Source: Candidatus Hydrogenedentota bacterium
Lineage (GTDB): Bacteria; Hydrogenedentota; Hydrogenedentia; Hydrogenedentales; SLHB01
Direction of reading: 5' to 3'
Length of the DNA stretch: 22,864 nucleotides
Assembly: GCA_045863335.1 (NCBI GenBank)
Contig: BTVY01000071.1
Span: 1-22,864, forward strand
Of the stretch, positions 9,129 through 18,389 are shown piece after piece; the stretch's first letter is position 1, and the number at the start of each line of letters is the position of its first letter. The notes below the pieces were generated by a model, which was given only the letters and a program-made list of their open reading frames with translations, searched no databases and was not told the DNA's origin. Both the position numbers and the translations under genes were made by a program.

Positions 9129-9875
9129 ATGCGCCTCCAGCAGTTTATAGCCTCCTGCGGTGTCGCATCCCGACGTGCGGCCGAAACACTCATCTGCGAG
9201 GGCCGCGTGACGGTCAATGGCGCGACCGCCCAAATTGGCGCAACGATCGATCCCGGTGTCGATACCGTTCACGTGGACGGACGGTTGCTCACGTTCGAGC
9301 AAAAAGTCTACCTGCTTCTCAACAAACCTCGCGGTGTCGTTACGACCGTGAAAGACACCCATGGACGAGGCACGGTGCTCGATTGTTTCGATGATCTGGA
9401 CGCGCGCGTGTTTCCCGTTGGGCGTCTTGATTTGGACGTGGACGGCGCGCTGTTGCTGACCAACGACGGTGATCTCGCGCATGCCTTGACCCATCCCCGC
9501 TTTGAGGTGAAGAAGACGTATCACGCATGGGTCAGGGGGGAGGTGTCTCTCGAAACGGCGGCCCGCCTTGCACGGGGCGTGCAGTTGGACGACGGAATGA
9601 CGGCACCCGCCCGCGTGAAGATACTGAGTCGCGCTCGCGGCCGTACCCGGATTGAACTCGTAATCCACGAAGGGCGGAACAGAGAAGTGAAGCGCATGTG
9701 CAAGGCCGTGGGCCACCCGGTAAGAGAATTGACGCGCGTCGCCTTCGCGGGTCTTTCGGTGCAAGGAATTTCGCCCGGCACTTGGCGGCATCTGACGAGA
9801 GAAGAAGTCGAAGATTTGCGCGCCATGGTCCAGCCACGGGACCCTTCGACATCCCCACGGAAGCATCGCAAATGA
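9129..9875 (+). CDS. rluB: rRNA pseudouridine synthase, RsuA/RluB family
   Basis: S4 domain (MRLQQFIASCGVASRRAAE), LNKPRG, catalytic VGRLD, EGRNREVKRM; follows scpB. Confidence 0.9.
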   Translation: MRLQQFIASCGVASRRAAETLICEGRVTVNGATAQIGATIDPGVDTVHVDGRLLTFEQKVYLLLNKPRGVVTTVKDTHGRGTVLDCFDDLDARVFPVGRLDLDVDGALLLTNDGDLAHALTHPRFEVKKTYHAWVRGEVSLETAARLARGVQLDDGMTAPARVKILSRARGRTRIELVIHEGRNREVKRMCKAVGHPVRELTRVAFAGLSVQGISPGTWRHLTREEVEDLRAMVQPRDPSTSPRKHRK

Positions 9876-10822
9876 CGGACGCCGGCACGCCATCGACACC
9901 GCGTCCGGGGCCGGAACATACTCGTCAGGCTTTGTGGCAAAGGAGACTGCGGCTTGAGGAGAGATTTCGACGCGAGCGTCAAGTGGGAGAGGGGGACATC
10001 GGGGACAGGCTGTCCCGATCCCGCGTACCCGAATGGGGGTTACGGTCGATCGGACTTTGGAAGCGTGGAATTCGAAACGCCCAACATCTTCGTTTAGTAC
10101 AGCACACTTTGCGCTTGCCGAAACTGCCAGACTTCCTCATTGGCTATCGCATCCTGTACGTAGCGGACTTTCACTTTAACGATCGGTTTCCGGAGTTTGC
10201 ACCGCTCGTCCGCGACTTGTTGGCTACTGTCGAAAGTGAGATTTGTCTCTTCGGTGGAGACTACCACTTCGCCCACGATGGCGATTTCGCTCATGTGTTT
10301 CGCGATATGGCTGTTGTTCTGGAGGGGGTCAACGCCCGTCACGGAGTACATGCGATCCTGGGAAACCACGATCTCTCCGATTTCGTAGAGCCATTCCAAT
10401 CGCTGGGTATTGACATCCTGGTCAACGAAAACCGGCGGATTGACGCCGATGAAGGATCGTTCTGGGTTGCGGGCGTGGACGATCAGCATCGATTCCACTG
10501 CGAGAGTTTGCCGTTGGCCACGGAAGGAATTCCACCAGGTGACTTCAGGCTGTTGCTTGCCCATTCCCCTGAACTGGCGACGCGCGCGCCGGAATTTGGA
10601 ATCGATCTCTATTTGTGCGGGCACACCCATTGGGGACAGATCCGGTTTCCGGTGTTGGGCGCGTTAACCTATAACTCGCGATGCCCATCCCGTTTCTGTA
10701 TGGGAAGGTGGGAAAGTGAGGGGATGTTGGGTTACACCACCGCCGGTATCGGGACCACGGACCTGCCCATCCGGTATAATTGTCCGCCCGAAGCCAGTTT
10801 GCTGACGCTAGCCCGCCTCTGA
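9872..10822 (+). CDS. Calcineurin-like metallophosphoesterase (YkuE/YaeI-like)
   Basis: DFH, GGDY, GNHD, AHSP, GHTHWGQ motifs. ATG 9872 overlaps the rluB stop (ATGA), preferred to 9698. Confidence 0.9.
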   Translation: MTDAGTPSTPRPGPEHTRQALWQRRLRLEERFRRERQVGEGDIGDRLSRSRVPEWGLRSIGLWKRGIRNAQHLRLVQHTLRLPKLPDFLIGYRILYVADFHFNDRFPEFAPLVRDLLATVESEICLFGGDYHFAHDGDFAHVFRDMAVVLEGVNARHGVHAILGNHDLSDFVEPFQSLGIDILVNENRRIDADEGSFWVAGVDDQHRFHCESLPLATEGIPPGDFRLLLAHSPELATRAPEFGIDLYLCGHTHWGQIRFPVLGALTYNSRCPSRFCMGRWESEGMLGYTTAGIGTTDLPIRYNCPPEASLLTLARL

Positions 10823-11737
10823 TTGCTGTGCCATTTCGGGGCGCCACACGAGCACTTGCGCTTTGCCTTGCTTTTTTGCGCGATACATGGCGGCATCGGC
10901 GCGGTTGCACAACGTGGTGAAGTCTTCGCCATCGCGTGGGGCCTCCACGAGTCCCGCGCTGAAAGTCAGCGGTCCCGCACCGTCAGATTCCGAGAGTTGC
11001 TGGAATGTGGAGTGCATACGCTCGATGATCCGGCGGCCGATGTCTTCCGGTGTTTCGGGAAAGTAGAGAATGAACTCTTCGCCGCCGTACCGGCCCACGA
11101 TGTCGACCGTGCGGATGTCCTTGGTCAGGGCACTCGCCAAATGACCCAGCGCGTGGTCTCCGGCGGCGTGGCCATACTTGTCGTTCACTTGTTTGAATTC
11201 GTCAATGTCTAGAAAGACAAGAGTAGCAACCGCGGGATAGCGCTTGATTCGGGCGAGCTCGCGTTCGATCTCGCGTTGCAGCGTCTGCCGGTTCAGTAGC
11301 TTGGTGAGCGGGTCGAGCCGCGCCACCCGCGAATAGTTCTCGTGCCTGCGCAAGACCGCGTGCACGCGAGCCAGCAGCACCTCCGGATCGAATGGCTTGG
11401 TTACGTACTCGTCGACGCCCATTCCCAAGCCGAGAATCTGGTCCTCCGCGGTGGATTTGGCGGTGAGGAATATGAAAGGAATTTCGCGCATGACGAGGTC
11501 TTGGTTGATGCGATCGCGCAGGGCGAATCCGTCCATCTCGGGCATCATGACATCGCAAATAATGAGATCGACGACGACGATGTCGAGCTTGTGAAGAGCG
11601 CTGAGCCCGTCTTCCGCATTGAACACCTGAAAGCCGGCCTCGGAAAGGTTGTACGTGAGCAGCTCGGCCGTATGCGGATCGTCTTCGACGACAAGGACCG
11701 AGTACGTCTTGGGCTCTTCTGCTACCGAGTTCTCCAT
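10808..11737 (-). CDS. Response regulator diguanylate cyclase (REC-GGDEF)
   Basis: VVEDD, CDVMMP phosphoacceptor, FLTAK, KPF; DPLT; RTVD I-site upstream of RYGGEEF; ADAAMYRAK. Confidence 0.95.
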   Translation of the reverse strand: MENSVAEEPKTYSVLVVEDDPHTAELLTYNLSEAGFQVFNAEDGLSALHKLDIVVVDLIICDVMMPEMDGFALRDRINQDLVMREIPFIFLTAKSTAEDQILGLGMGVDEYVTKPFDPEVLLARVHAVLRRHENYSRVARLDPLTKLLNRQTLQREIERELARIKRYPAVATLVFLDIDEFKQVNDKYGHAAGDHALGHLASALTKDIRTVDIVGRYGGEEFILYFPETPEDIGRRIIERMHSTFQQLSESDGAGPLTFSAGLVEAPRDGEDFTTLCNRADAAMYRAKKQGKAQVLVWRPEMAQQSEAG

Positions 11738-11742
11738 TCGGA

Positions 11743-14037
11743 TCAGGATCCCCCACCGTCAGTTTGCGCAGGCGTTTTCAGGGGCAAACGAACGACAAAC
11801 GTCGTTCCCCTATCCATCTCACTTCGGACGGCCACCGTGCCGCCATGGAGTGTAACCATTTCCTTGACCAGGAACAATCCCAACCCGGCGCCCGCCGATT
11901 TTCGCGTGCCCCCCTTTACCTGGTAGAAGCGCTGGAAGATGTTGTCGATATGCTCGGGCGGAATGCCGATTCCCGTATCGGTCACCTCGATAACCACATC
12001 GTCAAAATCTTCATAGGCTGCAATGGAGATGCTTCCTCCCGGATTTGTGAACTTAATGGCATTCTCGAGAAGATTGCAGACGATGGTGTGGAGCTTGGTC
12101 GGGTCCGCGTAGAGTTGCGGCAGGTTTTCTGCGACGGTTTGGGTGTACTGGATCTGTTTTGACTCCAGCGCCGACGCCAACGAGGCCGCCGCCGCGGCGA
12201 TCTGCGCGGAAACATCGACCATGGCCCGATTCAGGACCTGGCGGCCCGATTCAATGGAGCCAATCTCCAGCACTTCCTCGATCAGCGCCATGAGGCGTTC
12301 GGCCTCTTCGTCAATGATATGGAGGAAGTGTTCGCGCTTTTCGCGCGGCATATGGGGGTTGCGCAGCAGGGTGTTGGCGAATCCCTTGATGGACGTCATC
12401 GGCGTTCGCAACTCGTGCGATACACCCGACACGAAATCCGTTTTCATCTGATCGATTTCGCGTTCCTTGGTCACATCGTGGAGAATGGTGACGTAGCAGT
12501 CTTCGCCTTGGATCAGTTCGGGGATACGCGAGCGCGTAACTGACAAGGTGCGGTTGATAGGCTCTTCCAGATGGACGTCGGCCTTGGCGATATCTTTGCC
12601 GGATTCGGCAGTTTCGCGCCACATCGCGCGAAACGCGTCGTCTTCCAAAAGGGCCAGGAAATCCGTGGCCAGGGGCTCGCGTTCGGCGAATCCAAGGAGC
12701 CGTTGCGCGGTATGATTCATCATGAGCACGCGGTCCCGTGTATCGGTGACGACAACGCCCTCGCCGATGCCGCGCAAGATTGTCTCCAACCGATTGCGCT
12801 CCTGTGCAAGAATTACGGCTTTGCGGCGGTTGTCGGCTTCAATTTCGCGCCGTTCCACGGCCTCGCCGAGCGTGCGCGCGACGGCGTCGAGCAGTTTTCG
12901 TTCGGAGGCGAGAAAGGGTTCGCTCAGAACGGTGGCATGGACGTCTTCCACGTAGAACACCTGCACCATCCCGCGCGCCTTGCCGTCCACGATAACCGCC
13001 GCGGATTGCCCCCACTGCGTTTCCTCAAAGCGCTTGCTCGTGTACTCGACTCCGTCGAGGAGGATGCGCGCGCGCGCGATATCCGGGAACCGCCATGCCG
13101 GAGGAATGAGCATCACGAGATCTTCACAAATCTCCGCCACGGTTTCTCGAGTGCGGAGTGACTCGGCCAATCCATAGATGCACGAAAGCTCTTTCAGTTG
13201 TTGCTCGAAGGTGACGAGGACGCGCTGGAATCGGGACTCCGCCTGTCTGCGTTGCAGTTCTCCGGCCGCGCAGGACGCAAACAGACGAAGCATGGTGTCT
13301 CGCGAAGCGGTGTTCTCCAGCGGATTGCGGTGAAACCCGCCCAGAAACGCGATTCGCTCTCCCTCTCCATGCTGCACGGTGATTCCGATGAAACTTTGGG
13401 CTTTCAATCGCTTGGATAAGGGGCATCCAGGGTACTTCCGGGAAACACCGGATCGAACGGTGTGCACGGCAGGTGTCGACTCCAGCACATCTTGAAACGG
13501 AGTTCCGTTCAGGGGGAACTCGGGTTCGTCGATGAACAAACCGTCGCTCCATGTGGCGATGGGCACGGCATGCCCGCCACGGGCTTCCGTATACGTCGCG
13601 ACGGTGGCATAGGCCATCCCACACGATTGTGCGAGGTTGCGGACCAGGGCGTTGAACAGGTTGTCTTGCGTGAGGGCGCGCGTGACTTCCAGCATTGCGC
13701 GCAAATCGGTGTGAGCGAGATGGACGTCAGATATATCCCGAACGTACAGGTAGCAGCATTGGGATTGCGGAACGCCCTGAAGTACAAACCGGAATAGACG
13801 GCTCTCGATCTGCGCGCAGAGCGAGAGTTGGTTTCCATGTTCAATAAGGGTTTTCAGATCCAGATGTTTGGCGGACGATAGGAGAGAGGATAGTGGCGCT
13901 CCCTCGGTCACGGCGAACGTGTGTCGTGCCGCAGCGTTCCCGCCGATGAGCCGGTTCTCAGTATCCACCACGAGTATGGGATCTGGATGGAGTTCCTCGG
14001 CAAGCCCCAATTCTGCTGAAAGCTGCTTCCGCGTCAT
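11743..14037 (-). CDS. Cytoplasmic sensor histidine kinase (PAS-GAF-GAF-like-PAS-HisKA-HATPase)
   Basis: H-box VSHELRTPMTSI, N-box NLLENAIKF, DTGIGI, F-box, GAGLGL; N-terminal PAS/GAF-like segments; no evident transmembrane helix; ends 5 nt before the DGC start. Confidence 0.94.
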   Translation of the reverse strand: MTRKQLSAELGLAEELHPDPILVVDTENRLIGGNAAARHTFAVTEGAPLSSLLSSAKHLDLKTLIEHGNQLSLCAQIESRLFRFVLQGVPQSQCCYLYVRDISDVHLAHTDLRAMLEVTRALTQDNLFNALVRNLAQSCGMAYATVATYTEARGGHAVPIATWSDGLFIDEPEFPLNGTPFQDVLESTPAVHTVRSGVSRKYPGCPLSKRLKAQSFIGITVQHGEGERIAFLGGFHRNPLENTASRDTMLRLFASCAAGELQRRQAESRFQRVLVTFEQQLKELSCIYGLAESLRTRETVAEICEDLVMLIPPAWRFPDIARARILLDGVEYTSKRFEETQWGQSAAVIVDGKARGMVQVFYVEDVHATVLSEPFLASERKLLDAVARTLGEAVERREIEADNRRKAVILAQERNRLETILRGIGEGVVVTDTRDRVLMMNHTAQRLLGFAEREPLATDFLALLEDDAFRAMWRETAESGKDIAKADVHLEEPINRTLSVTRSRIPELIQGEDCYVTILHDVTKEREIDQMKTDFVSGVSHELRTPMTSIKGFANTLLRNPHMPREKREHFLHIIDEEAERLMALIEEVLEIGSIESGRQVLNRAMVDVSAQIAAAAASLASALESKQIQYTQTVAENLPQLYADPTKLHTIVCNLLENAIKFTNPGGSISIAAYEDFDDVVIEVTDTGIGIPPEHIDNIFQRFYQVKGGTRKSAGAGLGLFLVKEMVTLHGGTVAVRSEMDRGTTFVVRLPLKTPAQTDGGGS

Positions 14038-14264
14038 TCACTTACCCCTACAATCCAACCGCCTGGGGTAAACTGTACCTGAATTGGAAAGGTCCTGGCG
14101 AGTTCGCGTCGGCATGGGCACGGCATAAACTTTTCCGCCGCTGAGCATCGCGGAGACGCAAGAGGTGAGACGCAGCTGGCAATGGGGCATCCAACTCGCG
14201 GAACGGCGATCTATGTGCGAAACGGGGGCAGTCGGATTCCCTTGGCGGTCAAGCCTTGAGAATG

Positions 14265-15845
14265 TTATTTCGCTTGGCGACGCTGCCGTTTGAGCAAACC
14301 CAGCCCCAGCAGTGCGGCCAGTGCGAAACCAAGCACCGCCGAGTCTCCATATCCCGCTTGCGCAGTTTCCCCTTGTTTCGGAGTCACGCGGTTAAAGCAG
14401 GATTGGGCGGGACGCACTTCCCTCCGGAAGGCCGCTGCCTGGTTTGGATTTCCCGCCAGGTCCGTGCACACGTTGGCCCGGATATCCGCGCCGATCGTTC
14501 CGGAAACGCGAAGCGGGGTGAGGGTGAAGTAATAGGTGTTCCCCGAGCCGGAGAATCCTCCTAGCTCCGCGTTCAACGGCGTGATGTCCGCGACCTCGAA
14601 TCCGGTCACTTCATTGCTGAACGTGACGGTGACGGGAATCACGGTGATGATGTTCGTTGGATCGGGCACCGTGGATGTCATCGTGACGGTAGGGCCGACA
14701 TCGTCAAAACTGCGGCTGAAGGTCTGGGCTTCCTCGTTTCCGTTGCCGGCCCCGTCCACGGCCACATCCGCCGCGATGTCTGCCTCGACGATGCCGACGG
14801 TCGCCGGAACGAGGTCAAAAGAGTACGACGAGCCGGTGCCGTCGAAGTTCTCGATGGTGGCGTTGGTAACAACGACGTCGGCCTCTACGAATCCGGTGAC
14901 CGACTCGCTAAAAGTGACCGTTACGGGGATGGGGGTGATGTTCGTGGGGTTGTCTGCGGTTGACGCGATTGTGACGGTCGGGCGAACGAGGTCGAAATTC
15001 TTGATGTACTGCCGATCCGCCTCCGCGATGCAGGCCAGCGCGTTGCCTTGTAAGGCGGCGAGTTGCTGGCATTTGACGCGCGCTTCGACTTTGCTCGGCT
15101 GCCCCGTGACGTAATTCATCACCGCGCAGGTTTCGCCCGGCGCCAGGGTCAACGTGTACTCCCAGAAGGGCTGGTCGTTGCCCGTGAGAAAGTCGATGTC
15201 GGTGATGCCGATCTGACGGTTCGGACCCTGGAACACGTGGCCGAGGCGCGGCGAGGGCGAGACGCCGCCCGTGTAGTCCTCAAAGCTGACAGCCCAGTTG
15301 TCGGACGTCGTCGCAGCTGCCGGTGGCGTAGAGGTCTCGACCAGAACGGTATCTGTATCCGAACCCAGGTCGTTGAAAATCGTGACCATCACGTTCTGGT
15401 TTGTGCCGCCGGTATTCGTAAACACATTGATCCAGCGGCAGAACTCGTCGTTGTCCGGCACGAAAACCCGGCGGCTCACCTCGATGTCGCCAATCATCTG
15501 CGGCGCGAACAGGAATTGCCGGTTCGAGCAATCGCCATCCGGAGCCGTGCCGCCGTTCATGTTGTATACGACGCCGTTGACGAACATGTTGCCGTAGCCG
15601 TCAAAGGCGTTGAGCAAGGGAGCCACCGTCGAACCTCCGGCGCTGGTGGTCGCGGTCACCGAGGTGGTATAGGAGGCGTCGCTTACCGCACCCGAAGCCA
15701 TGGTGCTTGTGGAAAACGTGATATCGGAGTTGATGAAATACTCCAGCCCCGACGCGTCCACCAGTGACAGGCTGCCGACGCCCGCCGTCGCGAACTGGGC
15801 CAGGACCATCGCCGCAATGCCAACCACAACGCTAAACCGTTTCAT
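14265..15845 (-). CDS. Secreted/surface protein with two bacterial Ig-like domains and a C-terminal membrane anchor
   Basis: Signal peptide MKRFSVVVGIAAMVLAQFATA; beta-rich N-terminal domain; two Ig-like repeats; hydrophobic C-terminal helix followed by KRQRRQAK; GGAG ribosome-binding site. Confidence 0.88.
   Translation of the reverse strand: MKRFSVVVGIAAMVLAQFATAGVGSLSLVDASGLEYFINSDITFSTSTMASGAVSDASYTTSVTATTSAGGSTVAPLLNAFDGYGNMFVNGVVYNMNGGTAPDGDCSNRQFLFAPQMIGDIEVSRRVFVPDNDEFCRWINVFTNTGGTNQNVMVTIFNDLGSDTDTVLVETSTPPAAATTSDNWAVSFEDYTGGVSPSPRLGHVFQGPNRQIGITDIDFLTGNDQPFWEYTLTLAPGETCAVMNYVTGQPSKVEARVKCQQLAALQGNALACIAEADRQYIKNFDLVRPTVTIASTADNPTNITPIPVTVTFSESVTGFVEADVVVTNATIENFDGTGSSYSFDLVPATVGIVEADIAADVAVDGAGNGNEEAQTFSRSFDDVGPTVTMTSTVPDPTNIITVIPVTVTFSNEVTGFEVADITPLNAELGGFSGSGNTYYFTLTPLRVSGTIGADIRANVCTDLAGNPNQAAAFRREVRPAQSCFNRVTPKQGETAQAGYGDSAVLGFALAALLGLGLLKRQRRQAK
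14415..14981 (-). repeat. Two tandem ~96-aa Ig-like repeats (Big_12-like)
   Basis: PTVT-x-ST-x3-PTN...IPVTVTFS.VTGF..AD...NA....F.G.G..Y.F.L.P...ADI.A.V..D.AGN.N occurs twice, starting at 14981 and 14693 (288-nt period). Confidence 0.85.
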
Positions 15846-15993
15846 GGACTACTCTCCCTGGTGGACTGGCTTTCGCCTTTCCAACGACCCCCTGCTTTCA
15901 GGCGCAGAGATATCGGCGCCGCATTCCAACGCGTGCCGATTCCCTTAACACTATACTCAAAACAGGCTTCCGTTACGTGCTTCTGTCATAACC

Positions 15994-17346
15994 TCAGACG
16001 TCGCATTCCGTTGTGCATTCGATGATCGCGGCGGGCGACATTTCCGGACCCATCGAATCGAGTCGATTCCAATCGTCCGGTGCAATACGTTTTCCAATCG
16101 TTTCAAAGAAGTCGTTCCGCTCCGCGGCGCCGGAAAAATGGCCGCGCGACCATGCGCTCGTATACCCCATGCCGCAGCGGGCCTGCATCGCGGTATGGCC
16201 GTACATGACCATCGCGCCCTTGATTGCGGGCTCTACCAACGGCTCCATCTCCGGCGCGTCGAAATCGTCCACGTGGCGTTGGCCGTGGGCGTTCATTTCA
16301 GTGCCCACCAGCACCGGGAGATCCCGCACCCGCGCCAAATCGATGATTCGGTGCAGTTCTGCAACCTTCCTGGTTTTGGCGTCCGGATCCTTGATGTTCC
16401 AATTCCGGTCGGGAATGATGTTGATGGCGGCAACGCCGTGGCTCATCGCGAGGTCCAGTAATTCCTCAATGTCCTGTTCGCCGGTGCTGGTGCCGTCGAG
16501 CCACGCGTACGTCGGTATGGCGCCCGCGTCGAGGAGAAACGCCGTCACTTCCTTGAATTCCGGAAAGTCGGGTCCTTCAGGCTTCACGTACCCCACGCCT
16601 CCTGCTTTCATCACTTTGGACCGGAAAAAGGCGTGGAACACTGGCGGTTCGTCGAACATCCTCTTGACCTGTTCCGAGTCGCCGCTCAGCGTCGTAGCCC
16701 AGAACTTGGCGCGTTCGTCTGAATCGGGAAAGACTTCGCGCGACTTGCGGTCAAAGGCGATACACAAATGGCGTTCCGTCGCGTTTCCGTTTGGCGTCAG
16801 CGGCAAAACGTCCCCCTCATAGTCCAATTGCACGGGCCCCATGTAGGGGTTAATCCTCGCGAGCATCGTTTGGTTGCGTTGCTGGGCAGTTTCTTTGAGT
16901 TGGGGCAGGAGGCCGGGATTCGTAAGTCCAGACGCAGTAAAACCCGCGCCCATGTAATAGGCGATGCCGGGTTCACCCGGGGAGTTGATTTCGCGCGTCG
17001 AAAACTCGGGGAGGAATATCCGGGATTCGAGTCCGGCGCAGCCGCGCAGCCCCAGCAGGCGGCAGGCGTCCAGGAACTCGTCAACGCCATCCAGCACGTC
17101 GAAATCGACGAGGCCGACGGCGGCGAGACCGGCGGTTCGAGCCTTCCAGGCGACGCAGGCGGGAGAGTAGCCGTAGCCGTTGAAGGAGAAGAAGGAATGG
17201 CAATGCAGATTGACCGCTTTCCGGGTCTCGGGGAGTTCGATGGTCCCCGCGCGCGCCAGGTCCCAGAGTTGCTCCAGCGCGGCCCAGCGCATCCGCGGGT
17301 CAAAGTCGTTCAGTTGCGCTTCCAGAACGCCCGGATTTGGCGACAT
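15994..17346 (-). CDS. PHP-domain protein with atypical metal-site motifs
   Basis: VNLHCHS, GLVDFD, AGLESR, VGTEMN match the PHP motif order. ATG 17346 with GGAG upstream is preferred to GTG 17361. Confidence 0.82.
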   Translation of the reverse strand: MSPNPGVLEAQLNDFDPRMRWAALEQLWDLARAGTIELPETRKAVNLHCHSFFSFNGYGYSPACVAWKARTAGLAAVGLVDFDVLDGVDEFLDACRLLGLRGCAGLESRIFLPEFSTREINSPGEPGIAYYMGAGFTASGLTNPGLLPQLKETAQQRNQTMLARINPYMGPVQLDYEGDVLPLTPNGNATERHLCIAFDRKSREVFPDSDERAKFWATTLSGDSEQVKRMFDEPPVFHAFFRSKVMKAGGVGYVKPEGPDFPEFKEVTAFLLDAGAIPTYAWLDGTSTGEQDIEELLDLAMSHGVAAINIIPDRNWNIKDPDAKTRKVAELHRIIDLARVRDLPVLVGTEMNAHGQRHVDDFDAPEMEPLVEPAIKGAMVMYGHTAMQARCGMGYTSAWSRGHFSGAAERNDFFETIGKRIAPDDWNRLDSMGPEMSPAAIIECTTECDV

Positions 17347-17568
17347 GTCGTAGAACTCCACTCGGTAGAAATTTGTGGTTGCTGTGCGCTGGCACGCGGC
17401 CGCGCGCCGGCAGCGGGCACTCGCCCCCGGTGGGTATAGTACCCTCCGCGTGGGCCGAAGCCCAAATCGATGGCTGCGGACGATGCACCTTCTTGGCTCT
17501 TGTGGAACATTCCCTGTATTCTTCAGGTCCAGATTCCAATAGTGCCTGAATGTTACTGGGCGGAGAGA

Positions 17569-18141
17569 ATGCCGCGAATCTTTATTATTGCTGGTCCGAA
17601 CGGCGCTGGGAAATCATCTTCCGCGGAGAGGCTGCTTCCGGAAGAAGTCGATTGCCGTGAGTTTGTCAATGCGGACTCGATCGCGGCAGGTTTGTCGCCG
17701 TTCGATCCGGATGGCGCTGCGATTCAAGCCGGAAGGATAATGCTCGAGCGAATTGATGAACTGGCAACCAAGCGCGTCGACTTCGCTTTCGAGACGACGC
17801 TCGCGGCCCGCAGTTTTGTCCCTATGATTCGTAAGTGGAACGCGTCGGGTTATGAGGTCGATTTGATATACTTGTGGTTGGAGAATGTGGACATCGCGCT
17901 CCAACGCGTTGCGCGCAGGGTTCGCCTCGGAGGGCACGATGTTCCCGAGGCGGTCGTGCGGCGACGCTACGTTCGGAGCTTGGACAATTTGTTTCGATTG
18001 TACATGCCGATTGTGGAGCGATGGGTTTTGTACGACAACTCACAATTCGCATCGAGACGCGTTGCCTTTAAGCGGGCCGGTCGCTTGGTGAATGTTGAGG
18101 ATGACGCAACATGGTGCTTGATTCAGAAAAAGCCACTTTGA
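17569..18141 (+). CDS. Zeta-toxin-like P-loop kinase/ATPase
   Basis: IIAGPNGAGKSS, FVNADSIA, FAFETTL, RVARRVRLGGHDVPE, YDNS. ATG 17569 with GGAG upstream. Confidence 0.9.
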   Translation: MPRIFIIAGPNGAGKSSSAERLLPEEVDCREFVNADSIAAGLSPFDPDGAAIQAGRIMLERIDELATKRVDFAFETTLAARSFVPMIRKWNASGYEVDLIYLWLENVDIALQRVARRVRLGGHDVPEAVVRRRYVRSLDNLFRLYMPIVERWVLYDNSQFASRRVAFKRAGRLVNVEDDATWCLIQKKPL

Positions 18142-18323
18142 TTCGTTCGGAAGAAGATTCCGTGTTTCAGGCGATCGATCGGGGTGTTCGCAAGGGCATC
18201 CGCGCCGCGATCATGAAGCACAAGCGCGCGGGGCATCCCATTGTGGTGCTGCGCGATGGGAAAGTCGTCGAGATACCCTCCGACGAGATTCCCGAACTGG
18301 ATGAAACCGGCTCCAAGGAATAG
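18138..18323 (+). CDS. Small hypothetical protein, partner of the zeta-like kinase (possible antitoxin)
   Basis: GVRKGIRAAIMKHKRAGHPIVVLRDGKVVEI motif, of the kind seen beside this kinase family. Start is TTG 18138 overlapping the upstream TGA, or ATG 18111. Confidence 0.7.
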   Translation: MIRSEEDSVFQAIDRGVRKGIRAAIMKHKRAGHPIVVLRDGKVVEIPSDEIPELDETGSKE

Positions 18324-18389
18324 ACTGTGGCTTTGGTGGCGATCGCACGAGTGCGTATCCAGAATCCTACGTTTCGAGTATCCGTTTCG

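Noticed and set aside
10808-10822. Functional link between the metallophosphoesterase and the convergent DGC (15-nt overlap)
   Set aside because: Short convergent overlaps are common; nothing indicates c-di-GMP hydrolysis by this enzyme.
14100-14260. c-di-GMP riboswitch near the kinase/DGC operon
   Set aside because: Only fragmentary GACGCA similarity, on the wrong strand, without the GEMM stems.
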